Shown here in pieces: positions 15,001-27,000 of a stretch of DNA of 52,230 nt. Numbering within the stretch: position 1 is the first letter of the stretch; each line of letters starts with the position of its first letter. Position numbers and translations under genes: made by a program. Source of the stretch: Caecitellus pseudoparvulus (taxonomy: Eukaryota > Protista > Bigyra: Bicosoecida). A model generated the notes under the pieces. It was not told the DNA's origin. It was given only the letters and a program-made list of their open reading frames with translations, and searched no databases. The stretch is taken from the NCBI GenBank assembly GCA_965644315.1, contig CBFFRQ010000164.1, forward strand, positions 1-52,230, read 5' to 3'.

Positions 15001-18000
15001 CCCGCTGGACCCCGCCGTCACAGCGTCCAGGGACACCTCCACAGTGGACACGCCAGGCGTGCCCACTGGCAGGCTGATGGCGCCAGTCGTCAGCACCTCC
15101 GACCCTGCACCGCCGCTGGACCCTGACGTCGCCACCTCCACGGCACTGCCCAGGAACACCTGCCGAGGCACGGCGCTGCCGCTGGACCCCGCCGTCACAG
15201 CGTCCAGGGACACCTCCACAGTGGACACGCCAGGCGTGCCCACTGGCAGGCTGATGGCGCCAGTCGTCAGCACCTCCGACCCTGCACCGCCGCTGGACCC
15301 TGACGTCGTCGTGTACGGCACAGCCAGCTGCAGCGCAGGCAGCGCCGCCGCAGACTCCACGCTCACAGGCACCGACAGCACCACCTCCACGTCTGCGCTC
15401 GTCCACAGTGCCAGCTCAGGCACCACGACAGCGCTGCCCTCGGCGTTCAGCTGCCCCACCACGCCAGGCCCCAGGCTCGTGCCGTTCACCAGCACATCCA
15501 CCACCGGCACCAGCCCGCTGCCCAGGATGCTGCTCAAGTCCGCGCTCACGTTGAACCCCGGCGCGCTGCTGGCACCCGTGTGCCCCACGCTCCACGCCAC
15601 ACTGATCACGTCGCCGGCGTCCACGATGCTGCCGTCCGCCGGGCTCCACACGGGCCCCGCGCTCACCTCCAACGACGGCAGGCCCAGCGTCATGGCGTAC
15701 CCCGGCACGGCGGGCACGCCAGCCCCCCCCGTGGTGCTGCCCGCCGACAGCAGGCCCACACTGCTCAGCAGCCCGTCCAGGGTGATGACGTCGCCCGCCA
15801 CAGCCCCACCCACGTCAGACACCGCCAGTGCCACCGTCACCGTCACGCTCTCCCCCACGCCATTGTCCGTGTTGGCGTTGATGAGGGTGCCCAACGGCAC
15901 GCTGGCGCTCAGCCCGTCCCCTGCCACCGTCCCGCTGCCAGCCAGGGCGCCGAAGCCGCCCGTCACGTTGCTGCTGACGTCGCCACTGGACGCCACGACG
16001 CTGACCACCTCCACCACCGTCACGGGGGACGCAGGGCTGCTCCACCCAGACAGCGCCAAGTCCAGGATGGCGCCGCTGGTCGTGCCCTCAGGCACGCTCA
16101 CCACCACCGCCACCTCCACGGCACTGCCCAGGAACACCTGCCGAGGCACGGCGCTCCCGCTGGACCCCGCCGTCACAGCGTCCAGGGACACCTCCACAGT
16201 GGACACGCCAGGCGTGCCCACTGGCAGGCTGATGGCGCCAGTCGTCAGCACCTCCGACCCTGCACCGCCGCTGGACCCTGACGTCGTCGTGTACGGCACA
16301 GCCAGCTGCAGCGCAGGCAGCGCCGCCGCAGACTCCACGCTCACAGGCACCGACAGCACCACCTCCACGTCTGCGCTCGTCCACAGTGCCAGCTCAGGCA
16401 CCACGACAGCGCTGCCCTCGGCGTTCAGCTGCCCCACCACGCCAGGCCCCAGGCTCGTGCCGTTCACCAGCACATCCACCACCGGCACCAGCCCGCTGCC
16501 CAGGATGCTGCTCAAGTCCGCGCTCACGTTGAACCCCGGCGCGCTGCTGGCACCCGTGTGCCCCACGCTCCACGCCACACTGATCACGTCGCCGGCGTCC
16601 ACGATGCTGCCGTCCGCCGGGCTCCACACGGGCCCCGCGCTCACCTCCAACGACGGCAGGCCCAGCGTCATGGCGTACCCCGGCACGGCGGGCACGCCAG
16701 CCCCCCCCGTGGTGCTGCCCGCCGACAGCAGGCCCACACTGCTCAGCAGCCCGTCCAGGGTGATGACGTCGCCCGCCACAGCCCCACCCACGTCAGACAC
16801 CGCCAGTGCCACCGTCACCGTCACGCTCTCCCCCACGCCATTGTCCGTGTTGGCGTTGATGAGGGTGCCCAACGGCACGCTGGCGCTCAGCCCGTCCCCT
16901 GCCACCGTCCCGCTGCCAGCCAGGGCGCCGAAGCCGCCCGTCACGTTGCTGCTGACGTCGCCACTGGACGCCACGACGCTGACCACCTCCACCACCGTCA
17001 CGGGGGACGCAGGGCTGCTCCACCCAGACAGCGCCAAGTCCAGGATGGCGCCGCTGGTCGTGCCCTCAGGCACGCTCACCACCACCGCCACCTCCACGGC
17101 ACTGCCCAGGAACACCTGCCGAGGCACGGCGCTCCCGCTGGACCCCGCCGTCACAGCGTCCAGGGACACCTCCACAGTGGACACGCCAGGCGTGCCCACT
17201 GGCAGGCTGATGGCGCCAGTCGTCAGCACCTCCGACCCTGCACCGCCGCTGGACCCTGACGTCGTCGTGTACGGCACAGCCAGCTGCAGCGCAGGCAGCG
17301 CCGCCGCAGACTCCACGCTCACAGGCACCGACAGCACCACCTCCACGTCTGCGCTCGTCCACAGTGCCAGCTCAGGCACCACGACAGCGCTGCCCTCGGC
17401 GTTCAGCTGCCCCACCACGCCAGGCCCCAGGCTCGTGCCGTTCACCAGCACATCCACCACCGGCACCAGCCCGCTGCCCAGGATGCTGCTCAAGTCCGCG
17501 CTCACGTTGAACCCCGGCGCGCTGCTGGCACCCGTGTGCCCCACGCTCCACGCCACACTGATCACGTCGCCGGCGTCCACGATGCTGCCGTCCGCCGGGC
17601 TCCACACGGGCCCCGCGCTCACCTCCAACGACGGCAGGCCCAGCGTCATGGCGTACCCCGGCACGGCGGGCACGCCAGCCCCCCCCGTGGTGCTGCCCGC
17701 CGACAGCAGGCCCACACTGCTCAGCAGCCCGTCCAGGGTGATGACGTCGCCCGCCACAGCCCCACCCACGTCAGACACCGCCAGTGCCACCGTCACCGTC
17801 ACGCTCTCCCCCACGCCATTGTCCGTGTTGGCGTTGATGAGGGTGCCCAACGGCACGCTGGCGCTCAGCCCGTCCCCTGCCACCGTCCCGCTGCCAGCCA
17901 GGGCGCCGAAGCCGCCCGTCACGTTGCTGCTGACGTCGCCACTGGACGCCACGACGCTGACCACCTCCACCACCGTCACGGGGGACGCAGGGCTGCTCCA

Positions 18001-21000
18001 CCCAGACAGCGCCAAGTCCAGGATGGCGCCGCTGGTCGTGCCCTCAGGCACGCTCACCACCACCGCCACCTCCACGGCACTGCCCAGGAACACCTGCCGA
18101 GGCACGGCGCTCCCGCTGGACCCCGCCGTCACAGCGTCCAGGGACACCTCCACAGTGGACACGCCAGGCGTGCCCACTGGCAGGCTGATGGCGCCAGTCG
18201 TCAGCACCTCCGACCCTGCACCGCCGCTGGACCCTGACGTCGTCGTGTACGGCACAGCCAGCTGCAGCGCAGGCAGCGCCGCCGCAGACTCCACGCTCAC
18301 AGGCACCGACAGCACCACCTCCACGTCTGCGCTCGTCCACAGTGCCAGCTCAGGCACCACGACAGCGCTGCCCTCGGCGTTCAGCTGCCCCACCACGCCA
18401 GGCCCCAGGCTCGTGCCGTTCACCAGCACATCCACCACCGGCACCAGCCCGCTGCCCAGGATGCTGCTCAAGTCCGCGCTCACGTTGAACCCCGGCGCGC
18501 TGCTGGCACCCGTGTGCCCCACGCTCCACGCCACACTGATCACGTCGCCGGCGTCCACGATGCTGCCGTCCGCCGGGCTCCACACGGGCCCCGCGCTCAC
18601 CTCCAACGACGGCAGGCCCAGCGTCATGGCGTACCCCGGCACGGCGGGCACGCCAGCCCCCCGTGGTGCTGCCCGCCGACAGCAGGCCCACACTGCTCAG
18701 CAGCCCGTCCAGGGTGATGACGTCGCCCGCCACAGCCCCACCCACGTCAGACACCGCCAGTGCCACCGTCACCGTCACGCTCTCCCCCACGCCATTGTCC
18801 GTGTTGGCGTTGATGAGGGTGCCCAACGGCACGCTGGCGCTCAGCCCGTCCCCTGCCACCGTCCCGCTGCCAGCCAGGGCGCCGAAGCCGCCCGTCACGT
18901 TGCTGCTGACGTCGCCACTGGACGCCACGACGCTGACCACCTCCACCACCGTCACGGGGGACGCAGGGCTGCTCCACCCAGACAGCGCCAAGTCCAGGAT
19001 GGCGCCGCTGGTCGTGCCCTCAGGCACGCTCACCACCACCGCCACCTCCACGGCACTGCCCAGGAACACCTGCCGAGGCACGGCGCTCCCGCTGGACCCC
19101 GCCGTCACAGCGTCCAGGGACACCTCCACAGTGGACACGCCAGGCGTGCCCACTGGCAGGCTGATGGCGCCAGTCGTCAGCACCTCCGACCCTGCACCGC
19201 CGCTGGACCCTGACGTCGTCGTGTACGGCACAGCCAGCTGCAGCGCAGGCAGCGCCGCCGCAGACTCCACGCTCACAGGCACCGACAGCACCACCTCCAC
19301 GTCTGCGCTCGTCCACAGTGCCAGCTCAGGCACCACGACAGCGCTGCCCTCGGCGTTCAGCTGCCCCACCACGCCAGGCCCCAGGCTCGTGCCGTTCACC
19401 AGCACATCCACCACCGGCACCAGCCCGCTGCCCAGGATGCTGCTCAAGTCCGCGCTCACGTTGAACCCCGGCGCGCTGCTGGCACCCGTGTGCCCCACGC
19501 TCCACGCCACACTGATCACGTCGCCGGCGTCCACGATGCTGCCGTCCGCCGGGCTCCACACGGGCCCCGCGCTCACCTCCAACGACGGCAGGCCCAGCGT
19601 CATGGCGTACCCCGGCACGGCGGGCACGCCAGCCCCCCGTGGTGCTGCCCGCCGACAGCAGGCCCACACTGCTCAGCAGCCCGTCCAGGGTGATGACGTC
19701 GCCCGCCACAGCCCCACCCACGTCAGACACCGCCAGTGCCACCGTCACCGTCACGCTCTCCCCCACGCCATTGTCCGTGTTGGCGTTGATGAGGGTGCCC
19801 AACGGCACGCTGGCGCTCAGCCCGTCCCCTGCCACCGTCCCGCTGCCAGCCAAGGCGCCGAAGCCGCCCGTCACGTTGCTGCTGACGTCGCCACTGGACG
19901 CCACGACGCTGACCACCTCCACCACCGTCACGGGGGACGCAGGGCTGCTCCACCCAGACAGCGCCAAGTCCAGGATGGCGCCGCTGGTCGTGCCCTCAGG
20001 CACGCTCACCACCACCGCCACCTCCACGGCACTGCCCAGGAACACCTGCCGAGGCACGGCGCTCCCGCTGGACCCCGCCGTCACAGCGTCCAGGGACACC
20101 TCCACAGTGGACACGCCAGGCGTGCCCACTGGCAGGCTGATGGCGCCAGTCGTCAGCACCTCCGACCCTGCACCGCCGCTGGACCCTGACGTCGTCGTGT
20201 ACGGCACAGCCAGCTGCAGCGCAGGCAGCGCCGCCGCAGACTCCACGCTCACAGGCACCGACAGCACCACCTCCACGTCTGCGCTCGTCCACAGTGCCAG
20301 CTCAGGCACCACGACAGCGCTGCCCTCGGCGTTCAGCTGCCCCACCACGCCAGGCCCCAGGCTCGTGCCGTTCACCAGCACATCCACCACCGGCACCAGC
20401 CCGCTGCCCAGGATGCTGCTCAAGTCCGCGCTCACGTTGAACCCCGGCGCGCTGCTGGCACCCGTGTGCCCCACGCTCCACGCCACACTGATCACGTCGC
20501 CGGCGTCCACGATGCTGCCGTCCGCCGGGCTCCACACGGGCCCCGCGCTCACCTCCAACGACGGCAGGCCCAGCGTCATGGCGTACCCCGGCACGGCGGG
20601 CACGCCAGCCCCCCCCGTGGTGCTGCCCGCCGACAGCAGGCCCACACTGCTCAGCAGCCCGTCCAGGGTGATGACGTCGCCCGCCACAGCCCCCGCCACG
20701 TCAGACACCGCCAGTGCCACCGTCACCGTCACGCTCTCCCCCACGCCATTGTCCGTGTTGGCGTTGATGAGGGTGCCCAACGGCACGCTGGCGCTCAGAC
20801 CGTCCCCGGCCACCGTCCCGCTGCCAGCCAAGGCGCCGAAGCCGCCCGTCACGTTGCTGCTGACGTCGCCACTGGACGCCACGACGCTGACCACCTCCAC
20901 CACCGTCACGGGGGACGCAGGGCTGCTCCACCCAGACAGCGCCAAGTCCAGGATGGCGCCGCTGGTCGTGCCCTCAGGCACGCTCACCACCACCGCCACC

Positions 21001-24000
21001 TCCACGGCACTGCCCAGGAACACCTGCCGAGGCACGGCGCTCCCGCTGGACCCCGCCGTCACAGCGTCCAGGGACACCTCCACAGTGGACACGCCAGGCG
21101 TGCCCACTGGCAGGCTGATGGCGCCAGTCGTCAGCACCTCCGACCCTGCACCGCCGCTGGACCCTGACGTCGTCGTGTACGGCACAGCCAGCTGCAGCGC
21201 AGGCAGCGCCGCCGCAGACTCCACGCTCACAGGCACCGACAGCACCACCTCCACGTCTGCGCTCGTCCACAGTGCCAGCTCAGGCACCACGACAGCGCTG
21301 CCCTCGGCGTTCAGCTGCCCCACCACGCCAGGCCCCAGGCTCGTGCCGTTCACCAGCACATCCACCACCGGCACCAGCCCGCTGCCCAGGATGCTGCTCA
21401 AGTCCGCGCTCACGTTGAACCCCGGCGCGCTGCTGGCACCCGTGTGCCCCACGCTCCACGCCACACTGATCACGTCGCCGGCGTCCACGATGCTGCCGTC
21501 CGCCGGGCTCCACACGGGCCCCGCGCTCACCTCCAACGACGGCAGGCCCAGCGTCATGGCGTACCCCGGCACGGCGGGCACGCCAGCCCCCCCCGTGGTG
21601 CTGCCCGCCGACAGCAGGCCCACACTGCTCAGCAGCCCGTCCAGGGTGATGACGTCGCCCGCCACAGCCCCCGCCACGTCAGACACCGCCAGTGCCACCG
21701 TCACCGTCACGCTCTCCCCCACGCCATTGTCCGTGTTGGCGTTGATGAGGGTGCCCAACGGCACGCTGGCGCTCAGCCCGTCCCCTGCCACCGTCCCGCT
21801 GCCAGCCAAGGCGCCGAAGCCGCCCGTCACGTTGCTGCTGACGTCGCCACTGGACGCCACGACGCTGACCACCTCCACCACCGTCACGGGGGACGCAGGG
21901 CTGCTCCACCCAGACAGCGCCAAGTCCAGGATGGCGCCGCTGGTCGTGCCCTCAGGCACGCTCACCACCACCGCCACCTCCACGGCACTGCCCAGGAACA
22001 CCTGCCGAGGCACGGCGCTCCCGCTGGACCCCGCCGTCACAGCGTCCAGGGACACCTCCACAGTGGACACGCCAGGCGTGCCCACTGGCAGGCTGATGGC
22101 GCCAGTCGTCAGCACCTCCGACCCTGCACCGCCGCTGGACCCTGACGTCGTCGTGTACGGCACGGCCAGCTGCAGCGCAGGCAGCGCCGCCGCAGACTCC
22201 ACGCTCACAGGCACCGACAGCACCACCTCCACGTCTGCGCTCGTCCACAGTGCCAGCTCAGGCACCACGACAGCGCTGCCCTCGGCGTTCAGCTGCCCCA
22301 CCACGCCAGGCCCCAGGCTCGTGCCGTTCACCAGCACATCCACCACCGGCACCAGCCCGCTGCCCAGGATGCTGCTCAAGTCCGCGCTCACGTTGAACCC
22401 CGGCGCGCTGCTGGCACCCGTGTGCCCCACGCTCCACGCCACACTGATCACGTCGCCGGCGTCCACGATGCTGCCGTCCGCCGGGCTCCACACGGGCCCC
22501 GCGCTCACCTCCAACGACGGCAGGCCCAGCGTCATGGCGTACCCCGGCACGGCGGGCACGCCAGCCCCCCCCGTGGTGCTGCCCGCCGACAGCAGGCCCA
22601 CACTGCTCAGCAGCCCGTCCAGGGTGATGACGTCGCCCGCCACAGCCCCACCCACGTCAGACACCGCCAGTGCCACCGTCACCGTCACGCTCTCCCCCAC
22701 GCCATTGTCCGTGTTGGCGTTGATGAGGGTGCCCAACGGCACGCTGGCGCTCAGCCCGTCCCCTGCCACCGTCCCGCTGCCAGCCAAGGCGCCGAAGCCG
22801 CCCGTCACGTTGCTGCTGACGTCGCCACTGGACGCCACGACGCTGACCACCTCCACCACCGTCACGGGGGACGCAGGGCTGCTCCACCCAGACAGCGCCA
22901 AGTCCAGGATGGCGCCGCTGGTCGTGCCCTCAGGCACGCTCACCACCACCGCCACCTCCACGGCACTGCCCAGGAACACCTGCCGAGGCACGGCGCTCCC
23001 GCTGGACCCCGCCGTCACAGCGTCCAGGGACACCTCCACAGTGGACACGCCAGGCGTGCCCACTGGCAGGCTGATGGCGCCAGTCGTCAGCACCTCCGAC
23101 CCTGCACCGCCGCTGGACCCTGACGTCGTCGTGTACGGCACGGCCAGCTGCAGCGCAGGCAGCGCCGCCGCAGACTCCACGCTCACAGGCACCGACAGCA
23201 CCACCTCCACGTCCGCGCTCGTCCACAGTGCCAGCTCAGGCACCACGACAGCGCTGCCCTCGGCGTTCAGCTGCCCCACCACGCCAGGCCCCAGGCTCGT
23301 GCCGTTCACCAGCACATCCACCACCGGCACCAGCCCGCTGCCCAGGATGCTGCTCAAGTCCGCGCTCACGTTGAACCCCGGCGCGCTGCTGGCACCCGTG
23401 TGCCCCACGCTCCACGCCACACTGATCACGTCGCCGGCGTCCACGATGCTGCCGTCGGCTGGGCTCCACACGGGCCCCGCGCTCACCTCCAACGACGGCA
23501 GGCCCAGCGTCATGGCGTACCCCGGCACGGCGGGCACGCCAGCCCCCCCCGTGGTGCTGCCCGCCGACAGCAGGCCCACACTGCTCAGCAGCCCGTCCAG
23601 GGTGATGACGTCGCCCGCCACAGCCCCCGCCACGTCAGACACCGCCAGTGCCACCGTCACCGTCACGCTCTCCCCCACGCCATTGTCCGTGTTGGCGTTG
23701 ATGAGGGTGCCCAACGGCACGCTGGCGCTCAGACCGTCCCCTGCCACCGTCCCGCTGCCAGCCAGGGCGCCGAAGCCGCCCGTCACGTTGCTGCTGACGT
23801 CGCCACTGGACGCCACGACGCTGACCACCTCCACCACCGTCACGGGGGACGCAGGGCTGCTCCACCCAGACAGCGCCAAGTCCAGGATGGCGCCGCTGGT
23901 CGTGCCCTCAGGCACGCTCACCACCACCGCCACCTCCACGGCACTGCCCAGGAACACCTGCCGAGGCACGGCGCTCCCGCTGGACCCCGCCGTCACAGCG

Positions 24001-24018
24001 TCCAGGGACACCTCCACA
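1..24018 (-). repeat. Coding tandem array, 978-bp unit (326 aa), ~24.4 copies in the window, nearly identical
   Basis: Sequence recurs with a 978-bp period (976 bp where the C-run is C6). There are 24 copies of the ccag-Cn-gtgg landmark between ~888 and ~23550. The array ends abruptly at ~24018 (…gacacctccaca|ttcgatgcc) and continues beyond position 1. Confidence 0.98.
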
Positions 24019-27000
24019 TTCGATGCCGTTAGCTCTGTGACTGAGAACTCGCTTGTTTGTTGGTCTGTTTGGTATGCTTTTGCTGGGTGTCCAATTTGCG
24101 CAGCGGATGCATGTGACAAGTATGATGCTGCAAGAATCGACTGAAAGATCGTCGCTGGCTCAACCGCGACATAAGCGACAGCGACAATGTCAACTGTTGT
24201 AGTAGTTCCGGGCTCCAAAGTAGATACAAACACCAATCTATCCGTATCTAACGCACCGCCAGGGCCGTTGTTTGCGCTGGCAAGACCTGCGACGGGATCA
24301 CCCGCTGTGTTAGCAGAGAAAGTCGTGGTAGAGTTGACCGAGACAGATTGCACGCGGTAGGCATCTTGGGGCAATAGATCGTCGAACAGAATCACAGTTT
24401 GGGCCGCGGAGTATCCCGGTCCGGCTTGCGTGCTTAGTACTGCCTGTAGATGCAGCAAATCTCCTGCATCAACAATGCCGAGTGATGCAGGTGACACTGA
24501 GAGTGATACGGTGGGCTCGGCAACGAGCACTTGGACATGATCACTTCTGCTGAGAACAAATGGACCATGAGGAGGCCCGTTTGTTGCTGTTGACCCTGTT
24601 GGCTGAGTGGAAAACGAGACCTCCACAAGAACATCCACTGAGCTTAACCTTGTTGCGCTTGTTGGGACAACACCCTCAACTCGGACTGAAATACTCCTTG
24701 AAGTTGAAGCAACACTTTGAACGTCTCCAAGGTCTACCAAAAGGCTAGACAAAGACAATGTCGTCACTGAGCCAAGGTTTGCAGAAGAAATTGCTACTGA
24801 GCTGTAATGTGGAGAGTTTGTTACAGTCACGTCACCAGTTGGCTCGGAAAGGGATGCAAGTGAGAGAAACTGCACCACATCGGCAGCTTCCACCCCAGGA
24901 GACGTGGGAGCCACAGAGATGTTGACGAAAACGTCGTGCAGGATTCCTGTGTATGGAACGTTTATATCCACTGCCACTGTAATTGTCTCGCCTGGAACAA
25001 CATGTGGAGGGCTTGTGCCGCCCTGATCACCATCTATCCGCAGCAATGCCAGCTGGGGGGCGTTAAACTGCGCCCACTCTGGGGTTGTCCCTGCTGAGTC
25101 AGTGACTGGCAGAACCAAAACTGGGTTTGTGAAGCCCGGGTCGGTGTCTCCGAATGGCTCCAGAATGTCATATTGGTGGGATGCTGAGATGCTGGGAAGC
25201 GGCACCAATTGTGTGTGCCCCGCACCAACATCGGGCACAGCCAAGGTGACCTGCAAGATCGTCTCCTGCGCCGTCGGATTGTCCAGCAGCACCAAAGCCC
25301 CTGGAACCCCGGAAGAGATGGCTGCAGAGCGAGCTGTGGCACCAGCTGTGACGTCACCGTTCACTGCGACAGACTGCACCGTGTAGGCGCCGATGACCAA
25401 GGTTGCATCCATGACTGCCACCTCCCTGACAACAACGTCGAGCCCTGGGTCAGCTCGGCGTGTCAAATTCACCGTGAACTGCAAAGTGGCCGGCCGCAGC
25501 CCGATCGTTGCACTCTCAGTTTCGACATGAAGGGGCAAGAACACATCCCGAGGATAGTACACCAACGGGCTTGCGTCATAGTAAGTGAAAACCCCACAGG
25601 AAGCGGCGTTGGAAACTGATAAGTTTGCAGTTGCAGTCAGAAGGTTGTCTCCTTCGGGATCCAGAAGCTCATATTGTGGCGCTCGGCAGACGATCTGCTC
25701 TGAGTTGATGAAAGTTGGCCGGTCAAAGAGCTGGTTGTCGGAAGGCTCACCATCGAGCAAGAAACCACAATTCAAATTGGCGGTGAGCGCAAAGTCTGAG
25801 CCATTGATCTGCATGTCAAGCTCTGAACCTGTGGCATCACTCCAAAAGACAACAGGCGCTACTTCAGACACAGCTGGGGCTAGCACATCCGAGCCTGACG
25901 GCACGAAGAGGTTGACAACTTCAATGCCTGAAACAGAGTTCGCGTCGTCAACAGCAAAAAACGTCATCGTGTAGAGTCCCCCATCAGAAGCAGTGGGTGT
26001 CCACTCGAAAGTTGTGATCAGAGGATTTGTTGTCGGCGCGTTGGAGTGAGTGAGGGTGGCCCCGGCAGGAAGATCTGAGTTACGGAGTTCAACGGCGTCA
26101 CAAACATCAACACCGTCGGTCGCATTGATGACGAACGAATAGGTTGTGCCGGCAAATAGGCAAGATGCGAGTTCGCTGTCGATGAGAGAGACAGTCACGT
26201 TTGGCGCAGCGTTTTCGACACATAAAGCAGTGTTAGTTTCGCAGCCAGAGGACCCTCCAACAAGGCAGTCAACATCGTCTCCGCATTGGCGGCACTGGTT
26301 TCCACCAGCGCACCCCATGCAGTACTTGTCAGGCTCCACGATTTCAACCAAGAAGTCGATCGCTGCTTGGCAGTTGCCGTCCGACATGATGATCACAACA
26401 GGGTGCAAGGAGCCCACAGACGTGCCTGTTGAGTTGAAGGTTACCAGTCCTGTCGCAGCTTCAACAGAGACTCGCGGGTATTGAGGAATGCTCCCACTCT
26501 CACTCCCGGTTGCAAGGCGGAAGGTCACTGGATCGTCTTCCTTGTCCAGTACAGGCAAGAACCACTGGACAACCCGATCATAACTCACCAGTTGAATGGG
26601 GACTTGAGAAGTTGTTGGGCACGAATTGAGGAAGGTCAGTCCGTTGTTGTTCAGATCTACCTCCGTCCACAAGTTCCAAGATCCGCCTGTACGGGAAAGG
26701 GTGATGCTTGATGCGGGCGGCCACCCCGGCCAGACGCTGAAGAGCAAGGTACTCACTGGCACCGTTGGCAAGGTTCGTCAGTCGACAGCATGCGGAGTAA
26801 GAAACGTAAAACGGGCTCCCCCCATTGTCTGGTGTCGAGTAGGTGTAGGTCCACGTCTTCGTTCCCAGAATGTAATCTTCAGCATTGTTCTGTGCAACCA
26901 CGAGGTAGTTCTGAAGGTTCTGAGTTCCAACTCCATCACCCATTTGGAAGTTTCCCTGTGCAATGAAGCGGAGCGGGGAGAAGGAACGTGAAAAGGAGCA

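Noticed and set aside
50-24144. Long plus-strand ORFs (up to 2197 aa, T/P/S/A-rich) and recurring 67-233 aa Arg/His-rich ORFs on both strands
   Set aside because: These are antisense and shifted-frame shadows of the GC-rich 978-bp repeat. Only the minus frame continues into unique, domain-like, spliced sequence. The plus frame stops ~120 bp after the array.
26757-26771. ORF-track starts at 26771 (adhesin), 29979 (mucin gene) and 50390 (RT)
   Set aside because: These are non-ATG codons chosen by a prokaryote-style caller. The adhesin frame is entered by splicing at 26686, the mucin gene more plausibly starts at ATG 30051, and the RT frame is simply truncated.
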